Part shown: in pieces, positions 1-9,645 of the stretch
Layout of the letters: each line of letters starts with the position of its first letter
Numbering within the stretch: the first letter of the stretch is position 1
Virus record (IMG/VR): IMGVR_UViG_3300021426_000069
DNA length: 64,000 bases
Strand: one strand, 5' to 3'
Source: an uncultured virus (IMG/VR IMGVR_UViG_3300021426_000069)
Taxonomy: Duplodnaviria; Heunggongvirae; Uroviricota; Caudoviricetes
Made by a program: the position numbers and the translations under genes
Notes under the pieces: generated by a model
What the model saw: only the letters and a program-made list of their open reading frames with translations
What the model was told of the DNA's origin: nothing
Database searches by the model: none

Positions 1-546
1 AAAGCCGCAACTGGAAAATATGTTTTATTCCTAGATAGTGATGACTGGTTTAGTGATGAAAATGTTTTTCAAAAAATATATGATAAAATTATAGAAAATA
101 ACTATCCAGATTGTGTAAGTCTATCATACGATTGTTTAATAGGAAATAATAAAAGTTTACAAGTTATGGATAGAAACAATCAAAAAGATTTAGTAGAAAG
201 TTTATATGTTGCTTGTTGGACTAAATGTGTAAAAAGAGAATTACTTCCACTTTTCCCTGAGAACACTTTAATGGAAGATGTAGTTCAACATATAAAATGC
301 TGTGATAAATTAAAAACTATTGTAAGTATAAAAGAACCTATGATAGTTTGGAATAGAAATAATACAAATTCTTGTAGTAGAGAAGAAAATCAAAATTTAC
401 AACAAGGAAAATGGCAATCTAGTATGTATAGATATGCCGCAGATTTAATGGACTTCACTTGTGAAAATCAAGTATGTGAAGACCATAGAAAATGGAGATT
501 AGGTATTTGTTTAAATAATATAAAAGATGGAAGATATATTCAATAG
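1..546 (+). CDS. Glycosyltransferase family 2 (GT-A fold), 5'-truncated by window
   Basis: Frame 1 is open from base 1 and reads KAATGKYVLFLDSDDWF (GT2 DxD motif), then continues into the listed 166..546 ORF (ACWTKCVKRELL, FPENTLMEDV). Confidence 0.85.
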   Translation, partial: KAATGKYVLFLDSDDWFSDENVFQKIYDKIIENNYPDCVSLSYDCLIGNNKSLQVMDRNNQKDLVESLYVACWTKCVKRELLPLFPENTLMEDVVQHIKCCDKLKTIVSIKEPMIVWNRNNTNSCSREENQNLQQGKWQSSMYRYAADLMDFTCENQVCEDHRKWRLGICLNNIKDGRYIQ

Positions 547-560
547 GAAGGAGTGCTTAG

Positions 561-1688
561 ATGAAAAACGTATTTTATTTTCACCACTTAAATGTTATAG
601 GTGGAGTGGAAAATATGTTCTATGAACTAGGTAAAAAATATAAAGATTGGGATATAGTTGTTTACTATGGTTCAGGAGACAAAAATCAAATTGCAAGGTT
701 AAAACAATATGTAGATGTAAGAAAATATGAAACAGGACAAACAATAGAATGTGATAAAGTCTTTTTCAACTATCAAGCCCCTATTATTAATAATGTAAAA
801 GCTAAAGAATATTATATGATAATCCATGCTGATTATAAAGCACAAGGAATAGAACCTCCAAAAGTACCTAAATATGTAAAATATATTGGTGTGAGTCAAG
901 CAGTATGCGACAGTTTTACAGAAATATCTGGAAAGCCTTGTCAATTATGCTATAACCCGATAACAATAGATCCGCCTAGAAGAATCTTAAAGCTAGTTTC
1001 CGCAACTAGATTAACAAAAGAAAAAGGTTATAAAAGAATGGTTGCTTTAGCTAAAGCTCTTGATGACGCGGGAATCCCTTATACTTGGTATGTTTATACA
1101 AATAGTAAAGAAACAATTCCAAGTCCAAATGTTAAATATATGCCACCAACTTTAGATATAAATACTCAACTTGCGCAAGCTGATTATGTAGTTCAATTAA
1201 GCGACTCTGAGTCATATTGCTATACAATGATAGAGGCATTGTTATTACATATCCCAGTTATAGTAACTCCTTGGGGATGCTTAAAAGAATTAGGTATTAC
1301 AGAAGAATATGGCTTTATATTGCCTTTTGATATGAAAAATATTCCTGTTAAAGAAATTTATGAAAAAAGATTTGATTTTGATTATCAACCTCCTAAAGAT
1401 CGTTGGGACGAGATTTTAGAACCAGGAGATTCACAATATCAATATGATTTAAAATGTAAATATAAAGTTAGGGCAACAAATTTATATAAAGAAAGGAATT
1501 GCACTGACGGAGAATTAGGTTTTGTTCCTAAACCAGGATATGAGTGGACAGTTTCAAAAATTAGATATGATACATTATCTGGAAATAACAGAAATCATTT
1601 GAGATATGTTACCCTAGTTGAAAAACTTCCTCCTGAAGAAGAAAAACCTAAAAGTAAATATAAAATAGTTAATAAGATGGATAAATAG
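561..1688 (+). CDS. GT-B fold glycosyltransferase (GT4-like) with small extra C-terminal domain
   Basis: N-terminal GGVE motif; IGVSQAV; SATRLTKEKG; ADYVVQLSDSESYCYTMIEAL..PVIVT resembles the GT4 Ex7E motif. SD GGAAGGAG upstream. Confidence 0.85.
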   Translation: MKNVFYFHHLNVIGGVENMFYELGKKYKDWDIVVYYGSGDKNQIARLKQYVDVRKYETGQTIECDKVFFNYQAPIINNVKAKEYYMIIHADYKAQGIEPPKVPKYVKYIGVSQAVCDSFTEISGKPCQLCYNPITIDPPRRILKLVSATRLTKEKGYKRMVALAKALDDAGIPYTWYVYTNSKETIPSPNVKYMPPTLDINTQLAQADYVVQLSDSESYCYTMIEALLLHIPVIVTPWGCLKELGITEEYGFILPFDMKNIPVKEIYEKRFDFDYQPPKDRWDEILEPGDSQYQYDLKCKYKVRATNLYKERNCTDGELGFVPKPGYEWTVSKIRYDTLSGNNRNHLRYVTLVEKLPPEEEKPKSKYKIVNKMDK

Positions 1689-1704
1689 TATCCATCTTAT
1701 TTTT
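1671..1704 (+). terminator. Intrinsic terminator
   Basis: AATAAGATGGATA / TATCCATCTTATT inverted repeat followed by a T-run. Confidence 0.75.
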
Positions 1705-1783
1705 ATGGGACGAATGGCGCGCGAACAATCGTCAACTCAAAATCAAAAAGCCATTTGGAATTTTTTAAATCGAAAATATTTTC

Positions 1784-1812
1784 TTGACAAAATCAATATT
1801 TTTTGATATAAT
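1784..1812 (+). promoter_or_regulatory. Sigma-A promoter
   Basis: TTGACA-17 bp-TATAAT with TG extended -10. Confidence 0.9.
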
Positions 1813-1842
1813 GTAGATATAGGAAATAAAGGAGGAGATTTA

Positions 1843-2349
1843 ATGAAATTATTATCGTTAGATTTAAGTACAAAAAGTTCTGGATGGGCAATCTTCGCAG
1901 ATGGGGACTTAAAAGACCACGGATGTATTACATCTTCTTCAACAGACTTAATAAAAAGAATTCACATTATGGCAGATGCTATCGATGAAATTTTACAAAA
2001 TAATGAAATTGATAAAATCATAGTAGAAGAAGTTAGGCCCGAAGGCGGATATGGGGTAGGTAATCAAAAAACTCATAAAGCATTAATGTATCTTCAGGCT
2101 GCATTAGAATTTTTAATTCATGATAAATACAATAAAAAGGTTGTTATTGAATATATATATCCTAGTTCATGGAGAGCAGCATGCGGAATTAAAAATGGCA
2201 GAGGTATAAAAAGAACCTCATTAAAAGAAGCGGATATCGCCTTTGTAGAAGAACAATACGGGATAAAAGTAAATGATGACGAGGCTGATGCAATATGTAT
2301 CGGATTTGCGCAATTTAAAAATGAACCTAATGAAATTAATTGGGGATAA
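1843..2349 (+). CDS. RuvC-like Holliday junction resolvase
   Basis: LSLDLSTKSSGWAIF, IIVEE, PSSWR and DDEADAICIG match the RuvC/RNase H-fold catalytic pattern. Confidence 0.85.
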   Translation: MKLLSLDLSTKSSGWAIFADGDLKDHGCITSSSTDLIKRIHIMADAIDEILQNNEIDKIIVEEVRPEGGYGVGNQKTHKALMYLQAALEFLIHDKYNKKVVIEYIYPSSWRAACGIKNGRGIKRTSLKEADIAFVEEQYGIKVNDDEADAICIGFAQFKNEPNEINWG

Positions 2350-2439
2350 AAATAACAAACAAAAATTACAAGTGGTAAGATTTTTTATCATAAATTTTCT
2401 TTTTCTTATTTTTAAAATAAATACAATTTAAAATTGCAT

Positions 2440-2483
2440 AAAAAAAATGACTCAAGAGTTTTAAAATCTCTTGAGTCTTTTTT
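2440..2483. terminator. Bidirectional intrinsic terminator between convergent blocks
   Basis: A-run, GACTCAAGAG / CTCTTGAGTC stem, T-run. Confidence 0.85.
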
Positions 2484-2488
2484 AGTTT

Positions 2489-5400
2489 TTATAACTTTTC
2501 AATTGCTCTAGTAGCTGAGACAGACATTGTGCTGCCAACGTCTAAAGGTAAAGATATAGTTTTAATAATAAAATCACCTGAAATATCAGCTTCTATATCT
2601 CTAACTCCAATTCTAATATTTGGTTCTAAATAATATAATGGTATCATACTTAAATTAATTTGTTCATTATATCCTGTATAATTATATAATAACATTTTTA
2701 CTTCTTCAAAACATCCATTAGAAGCACCACCAGTTGCTAAAGTATTAAAGATTGCTGGTTCAACTTGAATGTACGCTTGACCTTTCTTTTCACATTCTTC
2801 TCTTTTTTCTCTAGTGTCTTCTTGTCCACTTTCAATAATAACATAGTCAGGAATAACAGGTTCAAACACACAATTAAATCCATCATTACTTTCTACCATA
2901 GATCTTCTACCAATGGCATTTACATTAAATTGAGAAATTGCTGCATCTGAATCAATAAAATCTAGGAAATAATCCATATTACTTGGGTTAGCTAATATTT
3001 CATCTTTAAATCCACCTGTGTAGATAATATTTCCTTGCGTATCTAAATAATGATTTTTCTTCATATCATATATCTTTGGCCATTCGGCAGCTAACTCTGG
3101 ATAGTAATAATTACTTGAAACTCCTAGAGGTTCTGCGGCTGCACCTTGAAGATATAATTCAGAACGCCAATCTGTAGTTTGAACTTTATCCATTGCAATT
3201 AAACTTGTTTCTACATACTCATATTGAGTTGCGGCAATCGCTGCATAATCTTCGTTATAATCATATGTAAGAACATTTTCTTGATTAATATAATCGTCTT
3301 TATAACCTTCTTGGGCGGTAATAGCTTCTACTATTTCGGCTCTTCGAGCTTCTAGTGGCGCTAACTGGTTATTTAAACGAGTTAAATTTTGTTCCATTAC
3401 CATAATATCTCCAGTTAATTGTTGAGCAATATCTAGGTGAGTTTGGATAGTATCAGGTAATTCCGCAATTTCTTTATTTATAGTTCTTAATTTTTTTTCT
3501 TGAACCCTCAATTCAGCTTTAACATCTGCAATCTCTTGTGAATATGTATTAGTCATATATGTTAATTCTATTTGAGATGAGATGTCATTTGAAATAATTG
3601 TTTCTGGATTATAAGTTTTTAAAATTCCTACTGAAGCTATTTCAGTTTCTTTAGGGGTAGCTAATTTATAATAAACATCAACAGGAATAGCAAATTGAGT
3701 TAAACTACTTATAATCCAATCATTAAATTCTTCTTTTGTAGTAATATTCATACTTCTAGGAATTCTAACAGAAATCATAGTTCCAGTTACATCTATTCTA
3801 CAATCTTCTGTATTAGGAAAATAACTTGAATAAGTTGTAGCAGTTACTCCAGCTTCAATAGGAGCGTCGTAACTAAATTCAATATAATCTGAAGTTGTAG
3901 TTGTTACAATCCAGCTCTCATATCCTAATAAAGTATATTTTCCATAATTATTAGTTAATATTCCATCTTTAATATAATCATCTGCAAGAGCAAAATTTCC
4001 ATTTCCTAAATAATAATATAAAGTATTTTCTAATCCTGTTCTTGTGCTTGCGGTAATAGATATACTACTTGTTAAAGGGAATACTTGTATAGGTCTAGTC
4101 ATTGATGGAGTAGCTCTTTGAGTTGTTTTACCATAAACTTTAATTGATAATATATTTGCATTTTCTGCATTTGTTACATCAATTAATTCTCCATTGACGG
4201 TTGCCTTATTTAAATCTATTAACTCGGCTAGCTCATCATTCAAGTCAGCGATCTCCGCCTCAACGATAGGTTTTTGTTCTAAATCCTCATCGTATTGATC
4301 TTGAAGAGTATCCGCCTCATCTAAGTTTCTTTGTTTTTGTCTTTCAGCTTCATTTTTTTCATTTGTAGTTTTAGCAATATTTTGTTCAATAGGGGTAATT
4401 GTATTATTCACTTCAACAAGTGAGTTTTGTAAACTGCTAATAGTACCATCGGTGTTTTCAATATCTGAATGTATACCTTGTAAATCGGCATAATATGTAG
4501 TAGAAAGTTCATCTAATTCCTCCTGTACTTCTCTAAAGTGTTCTGATGTCTTATCTAATCCCCAGTTATATGTTTTTGCTGTTGAGTTATCAACATATAC
4601 AACACTTTGTTCTCCTATTTGCGGGAACTCGCTCTTAGTGCTATAAGGCTCGATTTCTCCGCCAGAAACAATTACAAAATCTTCTATTTCGCCATCCCAT
4701 TTATAAATGATGCTAGATGCTTTATCCATATAAAAACATCCTTCTGCTCCTTTAGTTGGAAAATGACTTTTATCTACAAACTCAATAGGAACTTTAGCTT
4801 TTGTTAATCCATCATCTGGATCATCGTAGAAAAATACATTATATATATTTCCCGTTTGTGGCTTACTATCAATAGCTAAATGATAACGAATAGGAACTTT
4901 AATTCCTTCTGTATTTTGTCTAATTCCCCAAACAACATAATCATTTTTAATATTGCTATAATTTGGTGAATTAGAATAGTTTGTAAATAGTGTACTATCT
5001 TTAAAATTATAAACATTTTGTCCTTTTGAAATATCTACTAGATATTGTTCATTATGCATATTATTTAAGTCTGTTGTTGCTTGAGTAATGTTTAAATAAT
5101 TTTTAATTTCTTGGAAATGAAAGTTTCCATCTACATCATAAAAATATTCATAATTACCTAATGTAGCTTTTATTTTGTCTAAAATAGTACAAATTGTATC
5201 TCCTGGATTTGCGATTAAATCTCCAGGATAAGTAAAGTCTGTAAAGATATATCCAACATCTTCACCCCAATTATATTCTGTATAATTATGAGATACAACC
5301 CTCATATTTCCATTTGAATCTATATAAAGTCCACCAGGATAATCAAGAACTCCATTTTCATCAATAGTAAAATCACTATCTCCTGTTAATGTTCCATTTC

Positions 5401-6133
5401 CGCTTATTCCTAGTATTTCACCAGAATCTTCAACTTCTGATTTATTAGTTGTCATATGATATTGACCTTCTTTACTATAAGCGTAAATTGGAGTATCTCC
5501 AATCCAACGCATAGCACATTTAATTCTTTCATCAATATCTTTTATAATAATTTTACCTAATTGTTCTTTTCCCCAATGGTTTACTAATTCTCGAATAATT
5601 TGAACAATAGTAGGTCTTAATGTAACATATGCACCTGATTCATCAATAGTATCATATCTATCGAATTGAATTGATGAGGGTAGGACTCCACCGCACGTAC
5701 CATTTAATAAACACATCTTGTCTTGCAAGTTAATATTTAACGTAATTCCGCTTGTACTGTGTGAAGTCCCACATGCTGTAATTACATATATTCCTTGAGG
5801 TTGCCATATAATATCATAATCAGTATATTTATCTGTATTATTTTTTAAACCCACCTCAAGAAAAACTTTTTTATTTATTGAAATCATATTGTTTGGATCA
5901 GTAATCCTCATATAATTTTCTTTATAAACATACATTGATAAATTACAAGTTCTTCTTACTGCGGAGTCGCCGTTCAAGTTAATAGAGCCTCCGGTAGTAA
6001 GACCTTGAATTTCTTCTATTGGATTTTCTTCCCAGTCTAATAATGTAATTTTTACATATTGAGTTTGTTGTCTATCTGAGTTTATTTTTTCTAAAAAATC
6101 TGAGTCATTTAAATATACATAATTACGTTTCAT
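2489..6133 (-). CDS. Minor tail/baseplate protein with large coiled-coil insertion
   Basis: N-terminus (GGSINLNGDSAVRRTCNL, PQGIY, LQDKMCLLNG) and C-terminus (PLYYLEPN..IKTISLPL) resemble phage tail hub proteins; last gene of the structural block. Confidence 0.6.
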   Translation of the reverse strand: MKRNYVYLNDSDFLEKINSDRQQTQYVKITLLDWEENPIEEIQGLTTGGSINLNGDSAVRRTCNLSMYVYKENYMRITDPNNMISINKKVFLEVGLKNNTDKYTDYDIIWQPQGIYVITACGTSHSTSGITLNINLQDKMCLLNGTCGGVLPSSIQFDRYDTIDESGAYVTLRPTIVQIIRELVNHWGKEQLGKIIIKDIDERIKCAMRWIGDTPIYAYSKEGQYHMTTNKSEVEDSGEILGISGNGTLTGDSDFTIDENGVLDYPGGLYIDSNGNMRVVSHNYTEYNWGEDVGYIFTDFTYPGDLIANPGDTICTILDKIKATLGNYEYFYDVDGNFHFQEIKNYLNITQATTDLNNMHNEQYLVDISKGQNVYNFKDSTLFTNYSNSPNYSNIKNDYVVWGIRQNTEGIKVPIRYHLAIDSKPQTGNIYNVFFYDDPDDGLTKAKVPIEFVDKSHFPTKGAEGCFYMDKASSIIYKWDGEIEDFVIVSGGEIEPYSTKSEFPQIGEQSVVYVDNSTAKTYNWGLDKTSEHFREVQEELDELSTTYYADLQGIHSDIENTDGTISSLQNSLVEVNNTITPIEQNIAKTTNEKNEAERQKQRNLDEADTLQDQYDEDLEQKPIVEAEIADLNDELAELIDLNKATVNGELIDVTNAENANILSIKVYGKTTQRATPSMTRPIQVFPLTSSISITASTRTGLENTLYYYLGNGNFALADDYIKDGILTNNYGKYTLLGYESWIVTTTTSDYIEFSYDAPIEAGVTATTYSSYFPNTEDCRIDVTGTMISVRIPRSMNITTKEEFNDWIISSLTQFAIPVDVYYKLATPKETEIASVGILKTYNPETIISNDISSQIELTYMTNTYSQEIADVKAELRVQEKKLRTINKEIAELPDTIQTHLDIAQQLTGDIMVMEQNLTRLNNQLAPLEARRAEIVEAITAQEGYKDDYINQENVLTYDYNEDYAAIAATQYEYVETSLIAMDKVQTTDWRSELYLQGAAAEPLGVSSNYYYPELAAEWPKIYDMKKNHYLDTQGNIIYTGGFKDEILANPSNMDYFLDFIDSDAAISQFNVNAIGRRSMVESNDGFNCVFEPVIPDYVIIESGQEDTREKREECEKKGQAYIQVEPAIFNTLATGGASNGCFEEVKMLLYNYTGYNEQINLSMIPLYYLEPNIRIGVRDIEADISGDFIIKTISLPLDVGSTMSVSATRAIEKL

Positions 6134-6135
6134 AA

Positions 6136-7785
6136 TTAGTATCTTCCTTCAATAATTTTATAGGTATCATAATTATCAATAGAACAAGAATCTATTTCAT
6201 AAGCAGTTCCGCTAAATGACCAAAGACGTCTGCCTAAAGTAGTTTCTGGTGAGAAGCTTAAATCCATAATTCTAATTAAATAATTTCCTTCAGTTGGAGA
6301 TCTGAATAACATAACTTCTCCTGAGTATAAGAAATCCATAACCGCTTCTCTAAAAGCTCTTTCATATACTACATCTGAATGTCTATTGATTTCATATTGT
6401 TCATTATACTCTTGATAGAAATTTCTATTTTCTCCATAAAGTTCTTTTTTAGATGTGAATTTTCTATTTTCATCCATTTCAGAAGATATAAGTCCTCCAA
6501 TAGGAAATGAAACATAATTCATATCTCCATTTCTTTTTATAAAAGGGAATTGAGAACCAATAGTATCGGTTCTTGTTTCGTTAATATTTCTTTTAATTGA
6601 ACTTAATGATGGATTAAATTTTACTTTTAATTGTCTTTCTGCGGTTGTTAAAAATATATCATCTAAAACAATCATAACAGGTTTTGCGATTTCAGTTATC
6701 TTACCTCTTGTTCCATCTGGTAATACAACTTGAGCACAATAACTATACCATACTCCACTTTCAACAGTAAAATCAGACCATGTAATATCTACCTCTTGAA
6801 CATTTAAAATACTTTCTGTATGAATATCTTCCCATATTGTGAAATTTTCTTTACTAGAACTTCTTCTAATAACAATATTTCCTGATACTGGGGTTTGGTC
6901 TGTACTTCTTCTAACTTGAATATCTATATTTCCATCTTCAGGGCGGATATACCCTGTTAAAAGTAAATTATAAGATTGAGTATTTCCTTGTATCATTTTA
7001 AAATTATAAGTAGAAATCTCTGAATAAAGATTTTGAGTTGTATATTCAAGAGTATAATAATAAGAAGTATTTACTTTAAAATTATATTTAAAAGTATAAC
7101 TGATGGTATTTACATTATTATAGTTACTTGTAAAAATATCTCCGCTATCAGTTAATAAATTATTTTCAATATCATATAATTTTATTCTATAACTTTTTAA
7201 AGTTTCATTTTCATTTTCATCAGCAAAAGTTAAAGAGCCATTTATTTGAGTATTCTGAACACTCCAATCAATTTCTCTTGTTTGTGCGGAATCCCAGTCT
7301 AAAAGCTCTAGACTTGGCTTAGAAATTCCTCTAACCAAACATACACTTGACCATTCTGAAAAGTGGTCTAAGTTATTTACAAGCCAGCTATCAATTGATT
7401 GAGGTGGAGTCATTGATACTGGTTTTGCATCAACATCTGTAAATCTTATTTGAACTTTATAGTATTCATCCACTCTAAAGTTATTATTCTCCATATCTGT
7501 TTTTCTTATTTTTACATAGTATTTAGCATCAGTTGTAACTGTATCATCTACATAAATATTTGTTACCATAACCTCACAAGGGTATTGCGATCTATTTAAT
7601 ACTGATAAATTAGTATTTTGGTTTCTTACTGAAACTTGAGCGTTTGCAATTCTTGAGAAACTATTGTATTGAGATATAGAAAAATAAACTTTACAAATAT
7701 CTTTTTCTGTGTCTCCACTGTCAATTAAAAAAGCGGGCATATATGTCTCTATTAACGCTGGATATAAAGCATTTGTTGCTGCCAT
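6136..7785 (-). CDS. Putative tail/baseplate protein (beta-rich, Ig/FN3-like segments)
   Basis: 549-aa ORF with SD AAGGAGTG; beta-rich; DFTVESGVWYSY and LFRSPTEGN motifs; context. Confidence 0.5.
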   Translation of the reverse strand: MAATNALYPALIETYMPAFLIDSGDTEKDICKVYFSISQYNSFSRIANAQVSVRNQNTNLSVLNRSQYPCEVMVTNIYVDDTVTTDAKYYVKIRKTDMENNNFRVDEYYKVQIRFTDVDAKPVSMTPPQSIDSWLVNNLDHFSEWSSVCLVRGISKPSLELLDWDSAQTREIDWSVQNTQINGSLTFADENENETLKSYRIKLYDIENNLLTDSGDIFTSNYNNVNTISYTFKYNFKVNTSYYYTLEYTTQNLYSEISTYNFKMIQGNTQSYNLLLTGYIRPEDGNIDIQVRRSTDQTPVSGNIVIRRSSSKENFTIWEDIHTESILNVQEVDITWSDFTVESGVWYSYCAQVVLPDGTRGKITEIAKPVMIVLDDIFLTTAERQLKVKFNPSLSSIKRNINETRTDTIGSQFPFIKRNGDMNYVSFPIGGLISSEMDENRKFTSKKELYGENRNFYQEYNEQYEINRHSDVVYERAFREAVMDFLYSGEVMLFRSPTEGNYLIRIMDLSFSPETTLGRRLWSFSGTAYEIDSCSIDNYDTYKIIEGRY

Positions 7786-7814
7786 TTAATTCACACTCCT
7801 TTTTTCTCTCTGTT

Positions 7815-7863
7815 CTAAAAATATATAAAAAAGTAATCATTTATATTGCTTTAATTAGTCCAA
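7815..7863 (-). promoter_or_regulatory. Repeated putative late-promoter motif, copy 1
   Basis: TTGGACTAA...TTTTATATATTTTTAG with the same spacing as the other copies. Confidence 0.7.
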
Positions 7864-7864
7864 T

Positions 7865-7895
7865 AAAAAAAGAGAGATGTGAAAATCACATCTCT
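7865..7895 (-). terminator. Intrinsic terminator
   Basis: AGAGATGTGA/TCACATCTCT stem plus T-run on the minus strand. Confidence 0.8.
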
Positions 7896-8331
7896 ATTCT
7901 TTAGGTATCATAGTAAAATAATAATATACCTTATCTTCAACAGCGTCTTCATCCATAATGAAATCTTTTGAAAAACGAGCATATAGTCCGACATCTTCTT
8001 TAAAAATGTCATTGTAATCATTATATGCGGAGTTCATTACAATCCAAAAATCAATAGGTCTAATATCTCCATATCCATTATTATTTCTTACACTTTCAGT
8101 ATCTGTCAATTCCCATTTCTTTCCAAAAGGTCTCATTTTTTCTATTAAGTATCTAGCCCTTTCTTCATTTAATACTTTTCCTTCTGCTAATTCGTAAAGT
8201 TTTCTTTCTATTTCTTCTTTATCTTCAGAATTATATTTATCTATAATATTAGATAAACATTCCATTAATTTCTCTTTTTTAGAAGAATCTTCGCTAGAAA
8301 GAATTTTTTCTATATAACTTTTACTTTCCAT
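7894..8331 (-). CDS. Hypothetical helical protein (accessory cassette gene 4)
   Basis: 145-aa ORF; DFWIVMNSAYNDY and FIMDEDA..KVYYY motifs. Confidence 0.7.
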   Translation of the reverse strand: MESKSYIEKILSSEDSSKKEKLMECLSNIIDKYNSEDKEEIERKLYELAEGKVLNEERARYLIEKMRPFGKKWELTDTESVRNNNGYGDIRPIDFWIVMNSAYNDYNDIFKEDVGLYARFSKDFIMDEDAVEDKVYYYFTMIPKE

Positions 8332-8336
8332 TTATA

Positions 8337-8906
8337 TTATATAGAAGCGTTAGGGCAACAAGGATAATAGCAAGGTGGATTTAATACATATCTACCTTGA
8401 GAATTTAAAATTGTGTCTGTTGAATTTTGTACTGCGGCAGTTAATGCAGCTGTTTGATTTGCATTTGATAAAGCATCTCTAGTAGTTTGAAGTTTATCAC
8501 TTAACTCTCTAATATAGTTATCTTGGATCAATTGTCTAGTAGCAGCATTTTCAGTAGTTACTAAATTTCCAATAGCAGCTATACTATTTGAGATTTGTTG
8601 TTGAATATCTTTCATTGCTACTAAATTATTATAGTTAGTAGTTAGCACAGTATCATTGACACTCGCTTGACCTGCGGCAAGGCCTCTTAAAGTTGCATCC
8701 TGGCTTTGGAAATATAAACTATTTTGTAAATCAGCCATACCTAAAGCTGTTCCAGCATTATTTCCCCAGAATCCTCCATTTCCGCCAAATAATAAAATGA
8801 AGATTATAATTAATGAAAAGATTCCCATAGAACCTCCAAATAATCCTCCATTACCATTTGTTAGTGCTAACACATCTGCAGCAGACATTCCAGTATTTTC
8901 GTTCAT
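8337..8906 (-). CDS. Hypothetical membrane-anchored Gly-rich/coiled-coil protein (cassette gene 3)
   Basis: SD GGGAGG; TM segment IFSLIIIFILLF in Gly-rich flanks; heptad region; Cys-rich end PPCYYPCCP. Confidence 0.75.
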   Translation of the reverse strand: MNENTGMSAADVLALTNGNGGLFGGSMGIFSLIIIFILLFGGNGGFWGNNAGTALGMADLQNSLYFQSQDATLRGLAAGQASVNDTVLTTNYNNLVAMKDIQQQISNSIAAIGNLVTTENAATRQLIQDNYIRELSDKLQTTRDALSNANQTAALTAAVQNSTDTILNSQGRYVLNPPCYYPCCPNASI

Positions 8907-8940
8907 TTCGTTCCTCCCTTTCTGATTATATTAATAAAAA

Positions 8941-9168
8941 CTAAAAGTTTTTATTTCCATTTATAAAAGAAATCATTTGAGCTAATTGCTCTTTTGATAT
9001 CCCTTTTTCATTGCACATCTGAGCTATTGCTTCTGCTTGCTTATTGCTTGGTTGGGATTGAAATTGATTAAAAATTTGCATTTGTTGTGGATTTAATAGA
9101 CTTAGAAGTGCTTGTTGTGGTTGGTTTGACATCATTGCTTGCGACAATACGTTTTGTAGGTTCAGCAT
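8941..9168 (-). CDS. Hypothetical Gln-rich small protein (cassette gene 2)
   Basis: 75 aa; SD GGAGGAG inside the upstream gene; AEAIAQMCNEKGI. Confidence 0.65.
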   Translation of the reverse strand: MLNLQNVLSQAMMSNQPQQALLSLLNPQQMQIFNQFQSQPSNKQAEAIAQMCNEKGISKEQLAQMISFINGNKNF

Positions 9169-9526
9169 TTATTTTCTCCTCCAATTCTTTTATTTTATTT
9201 TCTAAGGTTTCAATTTTAATATCTTTTTCATCTTTTGGAATTATAATATTATAAGTTTTAGATATAGTTCCATCCAACTCTTTTAAAGATATTTTTTTAT
9301 TATTTTCATCTATAAATAAAGTTTTTTTAGAGATGATAATATTGGAAAGGTCTTCATTGGCTTGTAAAAATCTTACATCTATTTCAGAATTGTTTGAAGT
9401 GTTAATAATATTTTGAACCGGTGGTTGTGCAAAATTTTGAGTATATTGATTTATCATATTTTCAATATTTTCCTTTTGTCTGTATAACTGATTCATTAAC
9501 CCTGGATTATTATAATTATATTGCAT
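9068..9526 (-). CDS. Hypothetical protein (cassette gene 1)
   Basis: Start moved to ATG 9526, which follows SD AAAGGAG; C-terminal coiled coil. Confidence 0.65.
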   Translation of the reverse strand: MQYNYNNPGLMNQLYRQKENIENMINQYTQNFAQPPVQNIINTSNNSEIDVRFLQANEDLSNIIISKKTLFIDENNKKISLKELDGTISKTYNIIIPKDEKDIKIETLENKIKELEEKINAEPTKRIVASNDVKPTTTSTSKSIKSTTNANF

Positions 9527-9550
9527 TTCTAATTCTCCTTTCCGAAACAC

Positions 9551-9594
9551 AAAAAGCGGGTAGCAAGGAATTAAAAATGTCCTTTGCTACCCGC
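9551..9594 (-). terminator. Leader terminator/attenuator hairpin
   Basis: GCGGGTAGCAAAGGA / TCCTTGCTACCCGC + TTTTT just upstream of the SD of the 9526 gene. Confidence 0.75.
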
Positions 9595-9645
9595 AATATT
9601 AAATTTGTGTTTGCTAGTTGTATTTTTTCATTTTTCATTCCCTTT

